A stretch of DNA of 64,000 nucleotides from a virus (lineage: Duplodnaviria > Caudoviricetes): the IMG/VR virus record IMGVR_UViG_2615840613_000003, positions 1 through 64,000 of that record. One strand, given 5' to 3'. Below the pieces are notes generated by a model. The model was not told the DNA's origin and made no database searches. It was given only the letters and a program-made list of their open reading frames with translations. Shown here piece by piece: positions 21,025-30,408 of this stretch; positions within the stretch are counted from its first letter, which is position 1, and each line of letters starts with the position of its first letter. The position numbers were made by a program, and so were the translations under genes.

Positions 21025-21367
21025 CGCCGTCGCCTTTCTTCGCCCCACGTAGCCGGGCGAGGACGAGTTCGATGAAGGCGGGGCCAAAGACGCCGACGAG
21101 ATAGGCCGCCGAACCTGCTGCGCCCCCGGCTGGGATCGCTTCTGGCGGCAAGCCAAGCCAGCTGGTGACGAGCGCCATGGAAAGGCTGCCCATCCCTGCC
21201 GCGATCAACCCGCCGAGCAGGATGTGCCGCAGCGCATCGCGCAGGCGCATCCTCGTGGTCAGCGCGTTGGTCGCCCCGCCGAGCGCGCCCCAGGCGGCCA
21301 GGATCACCGCCGTCGATGTTGCGAGCTCCTTCAGCACCGCGGCGAGGAACCCGGTCTCGTCGTTCAT
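21017..21367 (-). CDS. Putative holin (3 TM)
   Basis: Three hydrophobic helices and a charged C-terminus; upstream of the endolysin. Confidence 0.55.
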   Translation of the reverse strand: MNDETGFLAAVLKELATSTAVILAAWGALGGATNALTTRMRLRDALRHILLGGLIAAGMGSLSMALVTSWLGLPPEAIPAGGAAGSAAYLVGVFGPAFIELVLARLRGAKKGDGDE

Positions 21368-21990
21368 CTGCGGATCTCCAGCAGCGGGATGGAAGTGATC
21401 GAGCCGAGGCGTTCGAGATCGAGGGTGACGTCGAGCGCATCGGTGTCGAAGCGGACGGGCACGTCGAACGCGAAGCCCGCCGTGACGGCGACGCCTGCAC
21501 CGGGTGCGGAGCCGAAGGTGATGAGGCCGGTCGTGGTATCGACCGACCAGCCCGACATCTGTTCGACGCCCGCGAGTGCAACGCGCACGCTGCCCGCGAC
21601 CGGCTTGGCAATGCTGCGCGTCCAGGACTGCGCGCCGGAGGAGTAGCGCTTCACCAGCTGGAACTGCGTCGTCGTGCCGTCGCCGGTGCCGATCACCTGA
21701 TCGGTTGCGCCCGGCACCTGCGATGGCAGGCAGGACTTGAAGTCGGCCCAGTCCTTGAAGCGGAAGCCGTGAAGGCGGCCGTTTCGCGCCTCGAAGAAGG
21801 CGACGACCGCTGCCAGATCATCGGCTCGGCGGATACCATAGGCGACATCATACCGCCGCCGGCTGTTCGCCCAGCTGGCATTGCGTTCCTCGTCGCCTGA
21901 GGCCAGCTCCACGATCTGGGTGCGTCGCTCCGGTCCGCCGCGCGCACCACGGCTGATGTCGTCCGGGAACCGGACCTCTTGGAAAGCCAT
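21364..21990 (-). CDS. Distal tail protein, TIGR02217/DUF2460 (RcGTA g12-like)
   Basis: FQEVRFPDDISRGARGGPERRT...FFEARNGRLHGFRFKDWAD...FDVPVRFDTD. Confidence 0.9.
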   Translation of the reverse strand: MAFQEVRFPDDISRGARGGPERRTQIVELASGDEERNASWANSRRRYDVAYGIRRADDLAAVVAFFEARNGRLHGFRFKDWADFKSCLPSQVPGATDQVIGTGDGTTTQFQLVKRYSSGAQSWTRSIAKPVAGSVRVALAGVEQMSGWSVDTTTGLITFGSAPGAGVAVTAGFAFDVPVRFDTDALDVTLDLERLGSITSIPLLEIRR

Positions 21991-21999
21991 GACGAGTCC

Positions 22000-24150
22000 T
22001 CACATGCCCCTTCGGCCGAGCGAGACCGCGCGGGCGATATCGGCCGCGATCTGCGTGCGGGACTGCCGGAAGCTCTCGGCATCGCGGGCATTGATCGTGA
22101 CATTGACGGTCTGCGCGGCGGTGGGGCCGTAACCTGCTGCCTCTCGCCGCGAGAGCACCCGCTCGCCACGTTGCAGGATCGCAGGCACTTCGTCGGGCCT
22201 GAGCCCCGCCCAGCCCCCGGAATGCATGCGCGGGGCATTGGCGAAGGCGTGCGCGGGCACGATGCGGCCCGGTCCCGCAGAACCGACCATGCCGCCGGCG
22301 TGCAGGATGTTGGCGAAGATCCCGCCGCCGAGATTGCCCAAAACACCGGAAAGCACGCCTGCCAGCGGGCCGAGGATGAAACGCCGCGCAGCGAGCTTCG
22401 CCAGATCGGCGATCAGCGAGGTGACCAGGTCGCCGAACTTCAGCTTGCCGGTCTTCACGAACTCGCCGATCGCGTTCTCGGCGCTGCGGAACGCTCCGAC
22501 CAGGGCGTTGCCGATGTCGCCGCCGATCTCGCGCGCCTTCGTGGCATAGTCGGCCAGGGTCTGGCTCACTGCCGCCCATCCGGTCGCGGCAGCCTCGGCC
22601 CCAGCCTTCGTCTGCTCGCCGGCACTGCGCCCGGCGGCTCCGGCACGACCGGCAGCGGTCGTGGCATCGTTCAGAGCCGCCGTCACCCGGTCCGCCGATG
22701 TGGCGGCCTCGTCCAGCGGGTTCTCGGCGTCCCCGCCGCTCAGTGCATCGCGCAGCGCCTGCATAGCCGCGCCCACACCATCGAAGGCTCCGGCCCTGGT
22801 CTCGGCCGCGCGCCGGCGGTAGCGGTCGGCCATCGCGCCGGCATTGCTGGCGGCGTGATCGAGCATCGAGGCATAAGACTGCGCCCCGAACCAGTCGATC
22901 CGCGCGTCGGCACCGATCGTCTCGGCGACCGCATTGAATGTCGGTCCGATGGTGCCAAGGAAATCTGCCCATTTGTTCGACAGGAAGGCCATCAGCCGCA
23001 GCCAGATCGCCTCGATATCGGCGCGCAGGGCGCGGAAGTCGTCCACGAAAGAGCCGAGCGTGGCCTTGATCCCGTCCCAGACGGCGCGCGCAACATTGCC
23101 CATCAACTCGAGCGCCGAACCGAAGCCGCCCGCGCCCTTCACGAGCTGCCCGAACCAGTAGATCAGCTCGCCCGCACCGACGATCAGCGCGCCGATCCCG
23201 GTGCGGATGATCGCGCCGCGCAGCAGCGTCAGCGCACCCGACAGGCTGAAGGTCGCGACACGGGCAGCAACGAACGCCGCGACCCAGCGTCCGGCCATGA
23301 AGCCGGCGAAGGCGATGCCGATGGCCGCGAGCCTCTCGAGGTTGTCGGCAAGAAGGATCAGCCCTTCGGCCACCGTCGAGGTAGCGCCCGCCATCTGATC
23401 CCAGGTCCCGACCAGTTGCAGGGCGGCGTTGCCGATCAGGGTGAAGGCATCGCCGATGGTGGCCGGCATGCTGTCGGCTTCCTCGCGCAGCAGCTCGAGA
23501 TTGCCGATCAGAGCCGTGCGGATGACATCGCCGGTAATCGCCCCCTGCTGACCGAGGGTGCGCAGGCCCGAGACGGTGGTGCCAAGCTCGGACGCCAGCA
23601 GTTCCGCGAGCCGCCCGCCGCTCTGGATCACGGTATTGAGGTTGTCGCCGCTCAGGGTGCCGAGGGCCATGGCCTTCGAGAGTGCGTTCTGCACCGAAGC
23701 GGCGCGTTCGGCCCGCGCGCCCGAAACCACCATGGCGTTGTTTAGCGCCTCGGTGAAATCGAGGCTTTCCGCCGTCGTCAGCCCCAGTTCGCGCAGCGCC
23801 GTGGCGTTGGCGAGCCAGGATTCGGTGGTCTGCCCGAGGCTCGAATAGGTCCGGCGCGCCATGGCAGCGAGCCGGTCCATGACGGCTGCGCCCGCTTCCT
23901 GCGAGCCGGTGGCCAGATCGACCCGCGAGCGCAGGTCGGTCCAGGTATCGGCATAGGCGACGAGCTGGCGGGTGCTGATCGCCGCACCAAGAATGCCCAC
24001 GACCCGGCGCACCACCGCGCCGGTGACATCGGCCTGCCGCTCGATCCGCCTGAAGTTGCTCTCGCCCGCGTCGCCCACGCCCTGGAACTCGGCCTTCACC
24101 TGCCGACCGCCCTCGGCGACGAGGCGGACGGAGACGCGTTTCTGGGCCAT
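22000..24150 (-). CDS. Tail tape measure protein
   Basis: 716 aa, Ala/Gly-rich and helical, with C-terminal HSGG...DEVPAILQRGERVL. Follows the tail chaperone. Confidence 0.88.
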   Translation of the reverse strand: MAQKRVSVRLVAEGGRQVKAEFQGVGDAGESNFRRIERQADVTGAVVRRVVGILGAAISTRQLVAYADTWTDLRSRVDLATGSQEAGAAVMDRLAAMARRTYSSLGQTTESWLANATALRELGLTTAESLDFTEALNNAMVVSGARAERAASVQNALSKAMALGTLSGDNLNTVIQSGGRLAELLASELGTTVSGLRTLGQQGAITGDVIRTALIGNLELLREEADSMPATIGDAFTLIGNAALQLVGTWDQMAGATSTVAEGLILLADNLERLAAIGIAFAGFMAGRWVAAFVAARVATFSLSGALTLLRGAIIRTGIGALIVGAGELIYWFGQLVKGAGGFGSALELMGNVARAVWDGIKATLGSFVDDFRALRADIEAIWLRLMAFLSNKWADFLGTIGPTFNAVAETIGADARIDWFGAQSYASMLDHAASNAGAMADRYRRRAAETRAGAFDGVGAAMQALRDALSGGDAENPLDEAATSADRVTAALNDATTAAGRAGAAGRSAGEQTKAGAEAAATGWAAVSQTLADYATKAREIGGDIGNALVGAFRSAENAIGEFVKTGKLKFGDLVTSLIADLAKLAARRFILGPLAGVLSGVLGNLGGGIFANILHAGGMVGSAGPGRIVPAHAFANAPRMHSGGWAGLRPDEVPAILQRGERVLSRREAAGYGPTAAQTVNVTINARDAESFRQSRTQIAADIARAVSLGRRGM

Positions 24151-24194
24151 GGCTCATTGTTCCTGACGCGCGGGACGAGGCTTGTGGGCCGGGC

Positions 24195-24893
24195 TCATCG
24201 CTCCGGCCCCGGCGCCGACCGGGCACCGGACGCCATCTGTTCGTTGAGCTTGCGGACCATCACGGCCTCGATGTCGGGCAGGCATTCGGCAGCGATCAGC
24301 GGATCGACCCCGAGCGCCCGCGCGATAGTGAGTGCCGCCCCCATGTCCCAGCCGAGCACCGTGGCGCCGCCCATGCCGGTTGCGATGCGAAGCTGCCCGG
24401 TCAGGCGCTGCGCCAGATCCCAGACCTGCCAGCCCTCCGGCGTCAGCGGCCGGTTCGCGCGGCCCGGGCAGTCCGGGCACGGGCCTTGGCAGGCTTCGCA
24501 GTAGCGGTCGCCCCCGCCGAAGTGCCATTCGGCGAGGGTGCGGAGGCGTTTTTTTTCCGCGTCCAGCATCAGATGCGGCGTGAGGCAGCGGGTCTGGAAC
24601 GCCTCGAATACCGGCCAGATGTCCAGCAGGGCGTCGATCCCTTCCGGGGTGACGGGAACGGGATTGCCGTCGGCATCGCCGACACCCTCCCAGCCGGTGA
24701 CCACGCGGCGGGCGACCGCCTTCGCCATGACCAGCGCCTGCTCCTCTTTGCTCGCCCCTTCGGGCAGCGCCTCGACAACTGGGTCGTTGCGCGCGGCGAC
24801 CATGATCGCGGTTGTGACGGGCAGGACGTGCAGGCGCAGGCCGGGGCCCAGATCGAGCCATTTCGGCCCGCTGGAAAGGTCGAGACGGATCAT
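24195..24893 (-). CDS. Tail assembly chaperone (G and T parts in one frame)
   Basis: Lies between tail tube and tape measure genes and contains a slippery GAAAAAAAAC at 24557-24548. Confidence 0.7.
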   Translation of the reverse strand: MIRLDLSSGPKWLDLGPGLRLHVLPVTTAIMVAARNDPVVEALPEGASKEEQALVMAKAVARRVVTGWEGVGDADGNPVPVTPEGIDALLDIWPVFEAFQTRCLTPHLMLDAEKKRLRTLAEWHFGGGDRYCEACQGPCPDCPGRANRPLTPEGWQVWDLAQRLTGQLRIATGMGGATVLGWDMGAALTIARALGVDPLIAAECLPDIEAVMVRKLNEQMASGARSAPGPER

Positions 24894-24895
24894 GG

Positions 24896-25840
24896 TCAGT
24901 AGCTTTCGATGTCGTTGACGAGAACGGCGGTGCACATCCGTCCCAGCGCGGCGTCGCGGGCGGCCTGCCAGTCGAAGCTGGCCTGCACGCCCTGCGGTCC
25001 GGAAATCTCGATGCGCGGGCGGGGCAGATAGACGGCGTGGACGGTGAAGGTGAAGCTCTGGCCTGAGGTCAGGCCGTAGGCGAATTCCAGTTCGCAAGGG
25101 GCGCCGCTGATCGCCTGGCTGACGAGCGTACTGTCGGCGAAGCGGACCTCGGTGCGGCCGGTGAGCGCGGCGATCGAGGGATCGGCGCCGTCGATCATGC
25201 CGTCGGCGCGGATGGTCTCGATCCGGTCGAGGTTATTGGCATAGGTGATCTCGGTCGAGATCACGTTGCCGAGCGCCGTGCCGTTACGCTTGATCGAGCC
25301 GTTGAAATGCCCGAAGCGGATCAGGTCGAGCTCCGTCGGTGTTCCCGCGCCACTGGTCGTGGCCACCGTCTCGCCCTGCGCCACCAGCCGCGCGGTGGCG
25401 GTGAGCAGGCCCGAACGCTGCATCTGCCAGCTGAGCTGGTCCAGCACCACGCCGGAATACATGGCGTAGCGCGGCACCTCGGGCATGGCGGTTTCGATCG
25501 CCATGCTGGGCAGCGTCCAGCTGCCGGACTGGAACGTATGGGTATATGGACCGGGCGAGCTTCCGGTGGTGGTCGGCGCGCCGAAGGCCGCCTTCAGCCA
25601 GAAGCCGAACGCCTCGGCGTCGATCGGCACCACCACATCGCCATCGGCGGTTACCGCGTCCTTGATGGGCGCGAGAGGATCGCGGCCGTAGCCCAGAAGC
25701 TCCGAGTTCAGGAGCGGCTGTTCCGCCCCGAGCGTGGCGCTGGCAAAGGGCATCCTCGTATAGCCGCTGCCGGGCGGCGTGCCATAGGTCGTCTCGAACG
25801 CGAGCGCCATCCGCGCCCGCGCCCCTTGGGCGCGTGCCAT
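24896..25840 (-). CDS. Phage tail tube (major tail) protein
   Basis: MARAQGARARMALAFETTYGTPP; position upstream of chaperone and tape measure. Confidence 0.8.
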   Translation of the reverse strand: MARAQGARARMALAFETTYGTPPGSGYTRMPFASATLGAEQPLLNSELLGYGRDPLAPIKDAVTADGDVVVPIDAEAFGFWLKAAFGAPTTTGSSPGPYTHTFQSGSWTLPSMAIETAMPEVPRYAMYSGVVLDQLSWQMQRSGLLTATARLVAQGETVATTSGAGTPTELDLIRFGHFNGSIKRNGTALGNVISTEITYANNLDRIETIRADGMIDGADPSIAALTGRTEVRFADSTLVSQAISGAPCELEFAYGLTSGQSFTFTVHAVYLPRPRIEISGPQGVQASFDWQAARDAALGRMCTAVLVNDIESY

Positions 25841-25863
25841 GTCGGTCTCCTTGTCGAAGGGGT

Positions 25864-26283
25864 TCAGCCGAGCGGGTCGGCCGTGGAATAATGCAGCACC
25901 ACCGGAATGACGGCCGCCTTCAGGTTGGCCGCGCCGTCCACCGGCAGATCGACGGGCTGCGGGGCCTCTGCCTCGACCCAGTCGCAGAGACCGCCGAGCG
26001 TACGGTCCGCGGCGAGCGCCGCGCCGATGCTGGCGCAGAGCGTGTCGAAACCCGTGTCCCGGCTCGCGCCCTGCACCACGGCTTCGATCTCTGCACGGTG
26101 CTGGTAGTGATAGCGCAGGGGTGACAGCGTCACCTCGGGCTCGCCAGGTTCGCCGTCGCGCAGGATCAGCAGCCCGGCTGCCGGCACACGTTCGGGCAGC
26201 ACCTCGCCGCGGAGGGCGGTGGCGGGCAACGCCGAAAGCCGCGCGTGCAGCGCGGCGAGGACGGTTTCGCGGGTGGTGGGCAT
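25864..26283 (-). CDS. Putative tail terminator/completion protein
   Basis: MPTTRETVLAAL...ADRTLGGLCDWVE; immediately upstream of the tail tube. Confidence 0.6.
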   Translation of the reverse strand: MPTTRETVLAALHARLSALPATALRGEVLPERVPAAGLLILRDGEPGEPEVTLSPLRYHYQHRAEIEAVVQGASRDTGFDTLCASIGAALAADRTLGGLCDWVEAEAPQPVDLPVDGAANLKAAVIPVVLHYSTADPLG

Positions 26284-26314
26284 GGCGATCCCGGTTTCCG
26301 GGACCGGCCCGGCT

Positions 26315-26659
26315 TCAGTGATCCCTGTCGGGTTTCGGATCCGTGAGGGCGGCCAGCCGTCGCGGCAGGTCCGAGCGAGCATGCAGGAAATCGACGATGA
26401 TCACCTGCTCGGCGTCCTCGACGAAGATGACGAAATGCTGGCCGCAGCGCGCGAAGCGCAGATCCTCGGGCAGCTCCGGGTCGATGATCCGGCGGCAGTC
26501 CTGCGACATGGCCGTACCGGCCGCGATCTCCGTGCAGCGGGCGATCAGGTCCTCCTCATAGGCCGCTGCCTGTCGAGGGCCGAAGGTCCTGAGGGTCCAG
26601 TTCGCGATGTCGACGAGTGAGGTTTCAGCCTGCCGCGTCAGGCGCCATGGCTTCGGCAT
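26315..26659 (-). CDS. parE: RelE/ParE-family toxin
   Basis: WRLTRQAETSLVDIANWTLRTFGPRQAAAY...HFVIF...IVDFLHARSDL; coupled to the antitoxin. Confidence 0.85.
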   Translation of the reverse strand: MPKPWRLTRQAETSLVDIANWTLRTFGPRQAAAYEEDLIARCTEIAAGTAMSQDCRRIIDPELPEDLRFARCGQHFVIFVEDAEQVIIVDFLHARSDLPRRLAALTDPKPDRDH

Positions 26660-26916
26660 CAGGACGATTGGCGCGCCGAGGCAAAGGCGCGCCGGATCGC
26701 ATCTTCACCGCTCCCCTCGGCCAGATCACCGCGCCGGGCCTGTTCCAGCCCGGTCGTCAGCCGGTCGCGCAACGCGCCAAGCTCGGCTTCCTCGCGTTCG
26801 AGCAGCCGCAGGCCGGCCCGCAGGGCTTCCGAGGCATTCTGATAGCGCCCGGAGGCGACCAGGCGGTCGACCAGAGCGGATTGGGTTTCGGTTAGAACGA
26901 CGTTTCGGGTGGCCAT
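26659..26916 (-). CDS. parD: ParD-family RHH antitoxin
   Basis: RNVVLT...VDRLVASGRYQNASEALRAGLRLLE. Confidence 0.88.
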   Translation of the reverse strand: MATRNVVLTETQSALVDRLVASGRYQNASEALRAGLRLLEREEAELGALRDRLTTGLEQARRGDLAEGSGEDAIRRAFASARQSS

Positions 26917-26937
26917 CCACGGTCTCCATCAAGGATG

Positions 26938-26954
26938 TTGGCAATATATGCCAA
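26938..26954. promoter_or_regulatory. Palindromic operator upstream of parD
   Basis: TTGGCA-ATATA-TGCCAA inverted repeat ~22 bp before the parD start. Confidence 0.55.
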
Positions 26955-26981
26955 TAGTCCCTGAATGTCGACCTCCTGCTG

Positions 26982-27611
26982 TCAGGAGCCGGGCTCCACC
27001 CAGTTTGCCACGATCAGCCCCGGCACCGCATCACGCACCCGCTCCGCATCCCGCTCGAGGTCCAGCCGCTTCGGCAGTCTCACCTGCGGGACCAGCAGGA
27101 AGATCGGAACGGTGGTCAGCCCCCGGCCGGTCTTCGACCGTGATGCCACGGCACGGCCCTTCTTGTTCAGTCGCCCCTCGGCGACCAGCAGGCTCGGACC
27201 CATCCGGCGATAGACGAAGCGCAGGCGCAAGCCGGTGCGACGTTCCCATTCATCGGGAGTGATCCGCCCGCCGCGCAGGGACTTGCCCGCCGCAGGCGTC
27301 GGGATCGCCAGCCAGAACCCGTTCTTCGAGCGGATCAGCGGGCCGGTGTCGTGCGCGCCGACGATCACCGGCGCCTTCGACCAGACCAGTGCCGCCGCAT
27401 TGAGGCTGGTCCTGCCTTTCGGGAACTGCTCCGACCGGATGGTGCGGGCAAGCCGTGCTCCGAGACCCGCGCCGGTGATCTGCGCGCGCCAGGCGGTCTT
27501 GAGGCCGGTCCCGGCGTCGCGCATCGCCGTGGTGACGGCCTTCTCCCCGGCCTTCACCTCTGCTTCCATCAGGCGGACGATATCGCCGACGATGTTGACG
27601 CCGAACCTCAT
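26982..27611 (-). CDS. DUF6441-like neck/tail completion protein
   Basis: Basic protein with WLAIPT and VPIFLLVPQVRLPKRLDL, in the head-tail block. Confidence 0.6.
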   Translation of the reverse strand: MRFGVNIVGDIVRLMEAEVKAGEKAVTTAMRDAGTGLKTAWRAQITGAGLGARLARTIRSEQFPKGRTSLNAAALVWSKAPVIVGAHDTGPLIRSKNGFWLAIPTPAAGKSLRGGRITPDEWERRTGLRLRFVYRRMGPSLLVAEGRLNKKGRAVASRSKTGRGLTTVPIFLLVPQVRLPKRLDLERDAERVRDAVPGLIVANWVEPGS

Positions 27612-27919
27612 GCGGGCCTCAGGTCCACTGTCCAGACGAGCCGCTCGCGGTCGCGGACGGGTTCACCCTGAATGAGGAAGGTATCGCCACCAATCTCGAT
27701 GCGATCGCCAGGCCGGGGCTCGGCTACTTCCGTCACGCGCAGGTCGACCCGCGTCGTTTCCGACCAGAGCCGCGCATCACCGAAGTCGGTAATCGTATCG
27801 GCCCGTCGGGCGACGATGCGCACCGGAACGGGCACGCCGCCGTCAACGATGTAGACAGCATCCCGACCGATGTTCGGATCGGCAAAGAGCGCACCGACGG
27901 CGGCGGCGAAGGCGCTCAT
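27608..27919 (-). CDS. Head-tail joining protein
   Basis: MSAFAAAVGALFADPN...PRPGDRIEI...RDRERLVWTVDL; synteny. Confidence 0.65.
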   Translation of the reverse strand: MSAFAAAVGALFADPNIGRDAVYIVDGGVPVPVRIVARRADTITDFGDARLWSETTRVDLRVTEVAEPRPGDRIEIGGDTFLIQGEPVRDRERLVWTVDLRPA

Positions 27920-28254
27920 CAGAAGCTCGCGTTCAGCCGTACCCGGCCGATGGTGTCGTCGGCGCCGCTCGCCACCGCCTCGACAGCCACGCCGATGAGG
28001 GTGTTGTCGGTCGCGACCGTGGTGCAGCGCTTGTTGGTGTCGTCCCAATAGACCTTGGCGCCGACGGTCCAAGCCTGGGAGCCGACCTTTGTGATGTCGA
28101 AGATGCCGACGAGCGCGGTCTCGACGGGCTCGCCGAGGGCGGCCGCTCCCGCGGCGATGCCGAAGATGGAGCCGACGAGCAGGCCATCGCCAGAGGCGAC
28201 GGCATAGGGCGCGGTCAGGGTGATGGTGTTGCCGGGCTGGACGTAGTTTTTCAT
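27919..28254 (-). CDS. DUF2190 capsid decoration/cement protein
   Basis: MKNYVQPGNTITLTAP...GAKVYWD...LIGVAV; directly after the capsid gene. Confidence 0.85.
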   Translation of the reverse strand: MKNYVQPGNTITLTAPYAVASGDGLLVGSIFGIAAGAAALGEPVETALVGIFDITKVGSQAWTVGAKVYWDDTNKRCTTVATDNTLIGVAVEAVASGADDTIGRVRLNASF

Positions 28255-28280
28255 CGCGAGGGTCCTTTCGGAAATGCGAA

Positions 28281-28302
28281 GGGCGGCCCGTCAGGACCGC
28301 CC
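28281..28302 (-). terminator. Hairpin after the major capsid gene
   Basis: Minus strand GGGCGGTC-CTGACG-GGCCGCCC followed by TTCGCATTT. Confidence 0.45.
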
Positions 28303-28331
28303 GGATGTCAGGGTTCGGGATGGCGCGCGCG

Positions 28332-30404
28332 TTACGCGCCCGGGTTCTTGTAGAGGCCACGCCAGTCGATGGCCTTGGCGCCGAAGTCGAGGCGGCACTT
28401 GATCTCGACACCGTCGACATCGAAGCCGTTGCGCGTCTCGATGTAGGCGCCCTGCTGACCCTCGAGATAGGCGTATTCGATGGTGTCGATCTGGTTCGGG
28501 CTCGCCGCCAGATACCAGGCGGTTTCGCTGGCGGCATCGAGCCGGGGCTCGCTGATCGGTGCCAGCGTGCGGATCGACTGCGGCACGACGTTCCCGCTCT
28601 GGGCGGGCACGAGGTTCTGGGCGACCAGTTGCTCGGCCTTCAGTTCCAGCGCTGCGGGCACGATCAGGAAGGCGGGGCGGATGTTCAGCACCGTCTTCTT
28701 GTCGAGGCCAGTCTGCTTGGCCATCGCCGCGCGAGCTGCACCGACGCTGCTCACATCCAGCGCCGCACCGGTGCCTGCGAGGTTCTTGTGGTTGGCGTGG
28801 AACAGCGCCGTGCCATCGGCCATCGCCGGGTTCGCGGTAATGATCCCCCAGACGACATCGCTTTCCAGCTGGGCGATGGAGTTGCCGTACATCGCCGGGA
28901 TGCGCGTGAAAGCGTCGAGATCGTCGTTGATCAGCGTCTGGCGGGTGATCGCGACCACCCGGCCATAGGTCTTGACCTTGTAGCTCTCTTTGCTCTCGCC
29001 CAGCGTCCCGCGCTTGAACTCGCCGCTCTCGCCGACTTCCAGCAGTTGCGGCGCTTCACCGAGCTGCACCCGGTGCATCGCCTTGAAGTCGGTCGCCAGC
29101 ACCTGGCGGCAGAAGAGCGAGAAGGTCCGGGGATAGGCCTCGTAGGCCTGCCGCAGGGTCTTGTTGGTGACGGCGGCGAGGATCTCGGGGAAGTCCGAGG
29201 TCGAATGCAGGGCGCGGGTCGCAACCTCGTCGCGCGACAGGCCGCGGGTATTGACTCCGACATTGCCGAGGCTTTCGCGGGCGAGTTCCAAGAGCGTCAT
29301 GCCGCGATACTGACGCGCTGCGTCCTCCAGTGGGAAGAGCGTCGGGCTGTAGCGGTGCAGCAGCGCGTTCGCCACCGCGTCGCGGCGGGTGATGCGCTCG
29401 TCGCGCCCGCCGAGCGGGACCGACACCTGGCCGAAGGTCCGGGTTTCGTCCGACTTCGCGACGACCTGATCGAGGATCAGGCGGCGAGCTTCGTCGACAC
29501 CGACACCGCGCTTCACCAGATCCTCGGCGAAGCTGCGCTCGAGGTTCAAACGGCCCGCCAGATCGTAGATGGTCGAGACGCGGTCGCGCTCCGCCTCGCG
29601 GGCGTGGGTCGCGACAGCCTCGGTGTCGGGCGCTTCCGGTTTCGCTGGCGCGGACCTTTGGTTCGAGGGCCCGGGCTGGCTGCGCGTGTCGGTGGCATGG
29701 GCCTGCGCCTCGGCCGCGCCGGTCTTTTCGTCGGTCATGGTGGTCTCCTCGGTCGCTGCCGTTTCGCTTGTCGGGTCGGCCACGACCTCTTCAGTCGGGG
29801 CCGGAGTCTGGGTCTTCTCCGTCATCGGGGATGCTCCTTGCTCAGTGGGCGCGTCCCGGCGATGGAGGACGCAATCGTGGTGTTCGCCCTTGGCGCGGAA
29901 GCCCGCGGCAGGATCGGCGCCGACCGGCACGGCCGAGATCTCGAACGGAGTCCAGTCAACCGCCCGCCAGAGCTCGCGACCGCCATCGGGCTTGGAGATG
30001 TCGAACCGGTGGACCTGATAACCGATGGAGACCGCCCGGATGTGCCCGGCCTGGATGTCGCGCCAGATCGGCTCGACATCGGCACGCTCGCTGATCCGCA
30101 CCAGGGCGATGCCGCGCCCGTTCTCGATCCGCGCCGAACCCGGCACGACCGAGCCGATGACGGCGTCGAGCGTGTCGATCTCATGAACCTTCAGGAAGGG
30201 CGCACCCGCGTTCAGCCGTTCTAGCCGCACATGGGCAGGGTCGAGGCTCAGCTCCTCGTCATAGGGCTCGCAGAAGAACCTCGCCCGCCGGACACGCGCG
30301 CCCGCCGACCAGATCACCTCGACCGTGCGTGCGTCGTTGTCGACAGTGTTCGGCGCAAGCTCCGCCGACCGGCGAAGCGCCGGCAGTTCGATCATCGTGT
30401 CCAT
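28332..30404 (-). CDS. Prohead protease-major capsid fusion protein
   Basis: N-terminal protease (VSIGY, EISAVPVGADP), acidic linker, then capsid domain (HSTSDFP, LINDDL, DWRGLYKNPGA). Confidence 0.88.
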   Translation of the reverse strand: MDTMIELPALRRSAELAPNTVDNDARTVEVIWSAGARVRRARFFCEPYDEELSLDPAHVRLERLNAGAPFLKVHEIDTLDAVIGSVVPGSARIENGRGIALVRISERADVEPIWRDIQAGHIRAVSIGYQVHRFDISKPDGGRELWRAVDWTPFEISAVPVGADPAAGFRAKGEHHDCVLHRRDAPTEQGASPMTEKTQTPAPTEEVVADPTSETAATEETTMTDEKTGAAEAQAHATDTRSQPGPSNQRSAPAKPEAPDTEAVATHAREAERDRVSTIYDLAGRLNLERSFAEDLVKRGVGVDEARRLILDQVVAKSDETRTFGQVSVPLGGRDERITRRDAVANALLHRYSPTLFPLEDAARQYRGMTLLELARESLGNVGVNTRGLSRDEVATRALHSTSDFPEILAAVTNKTLRQAYEAYPRTFSLFCRQVLATDFKAMHRVQLGEAPQLLEVGESGEFKRGTLGESKESYKVKTYGRVVAITRQTLINDDLDAFTRIPAMYGNSIAQLESDVVWGIITANPAMADGTALFHANHKNLAGTGAALDVSSVGAARAAMAKQTGLDKKTVLNIRPAFLIVPAALELKAEQLVAQNLVPAQSGNVVPQSIRTLAPISEPRLDAASETAWYLAASPNQIDTIEYAYLEGQQGAYIETRNGFDVDGVEIKCRLDFGAKAIDWRGLYKNPGA

Positions 30405-30408
30405 GAAG

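Noticed and set aside
14686-24150. A bona fide gene transfer agent cluster
   Set aside because: The GTA-like tail genes are linked to a GpA terminase, lambda portal, replication genes and an integrase, so this is a prophage.
21848-30224. Long alternative or antisense ORFs (e.g. 21848-24226, 21979-23745, 28305-30224)
   Set aside because: Shadow ORFs typical of high-GC DNA, overlapping well-supported genes and lacking motifs.
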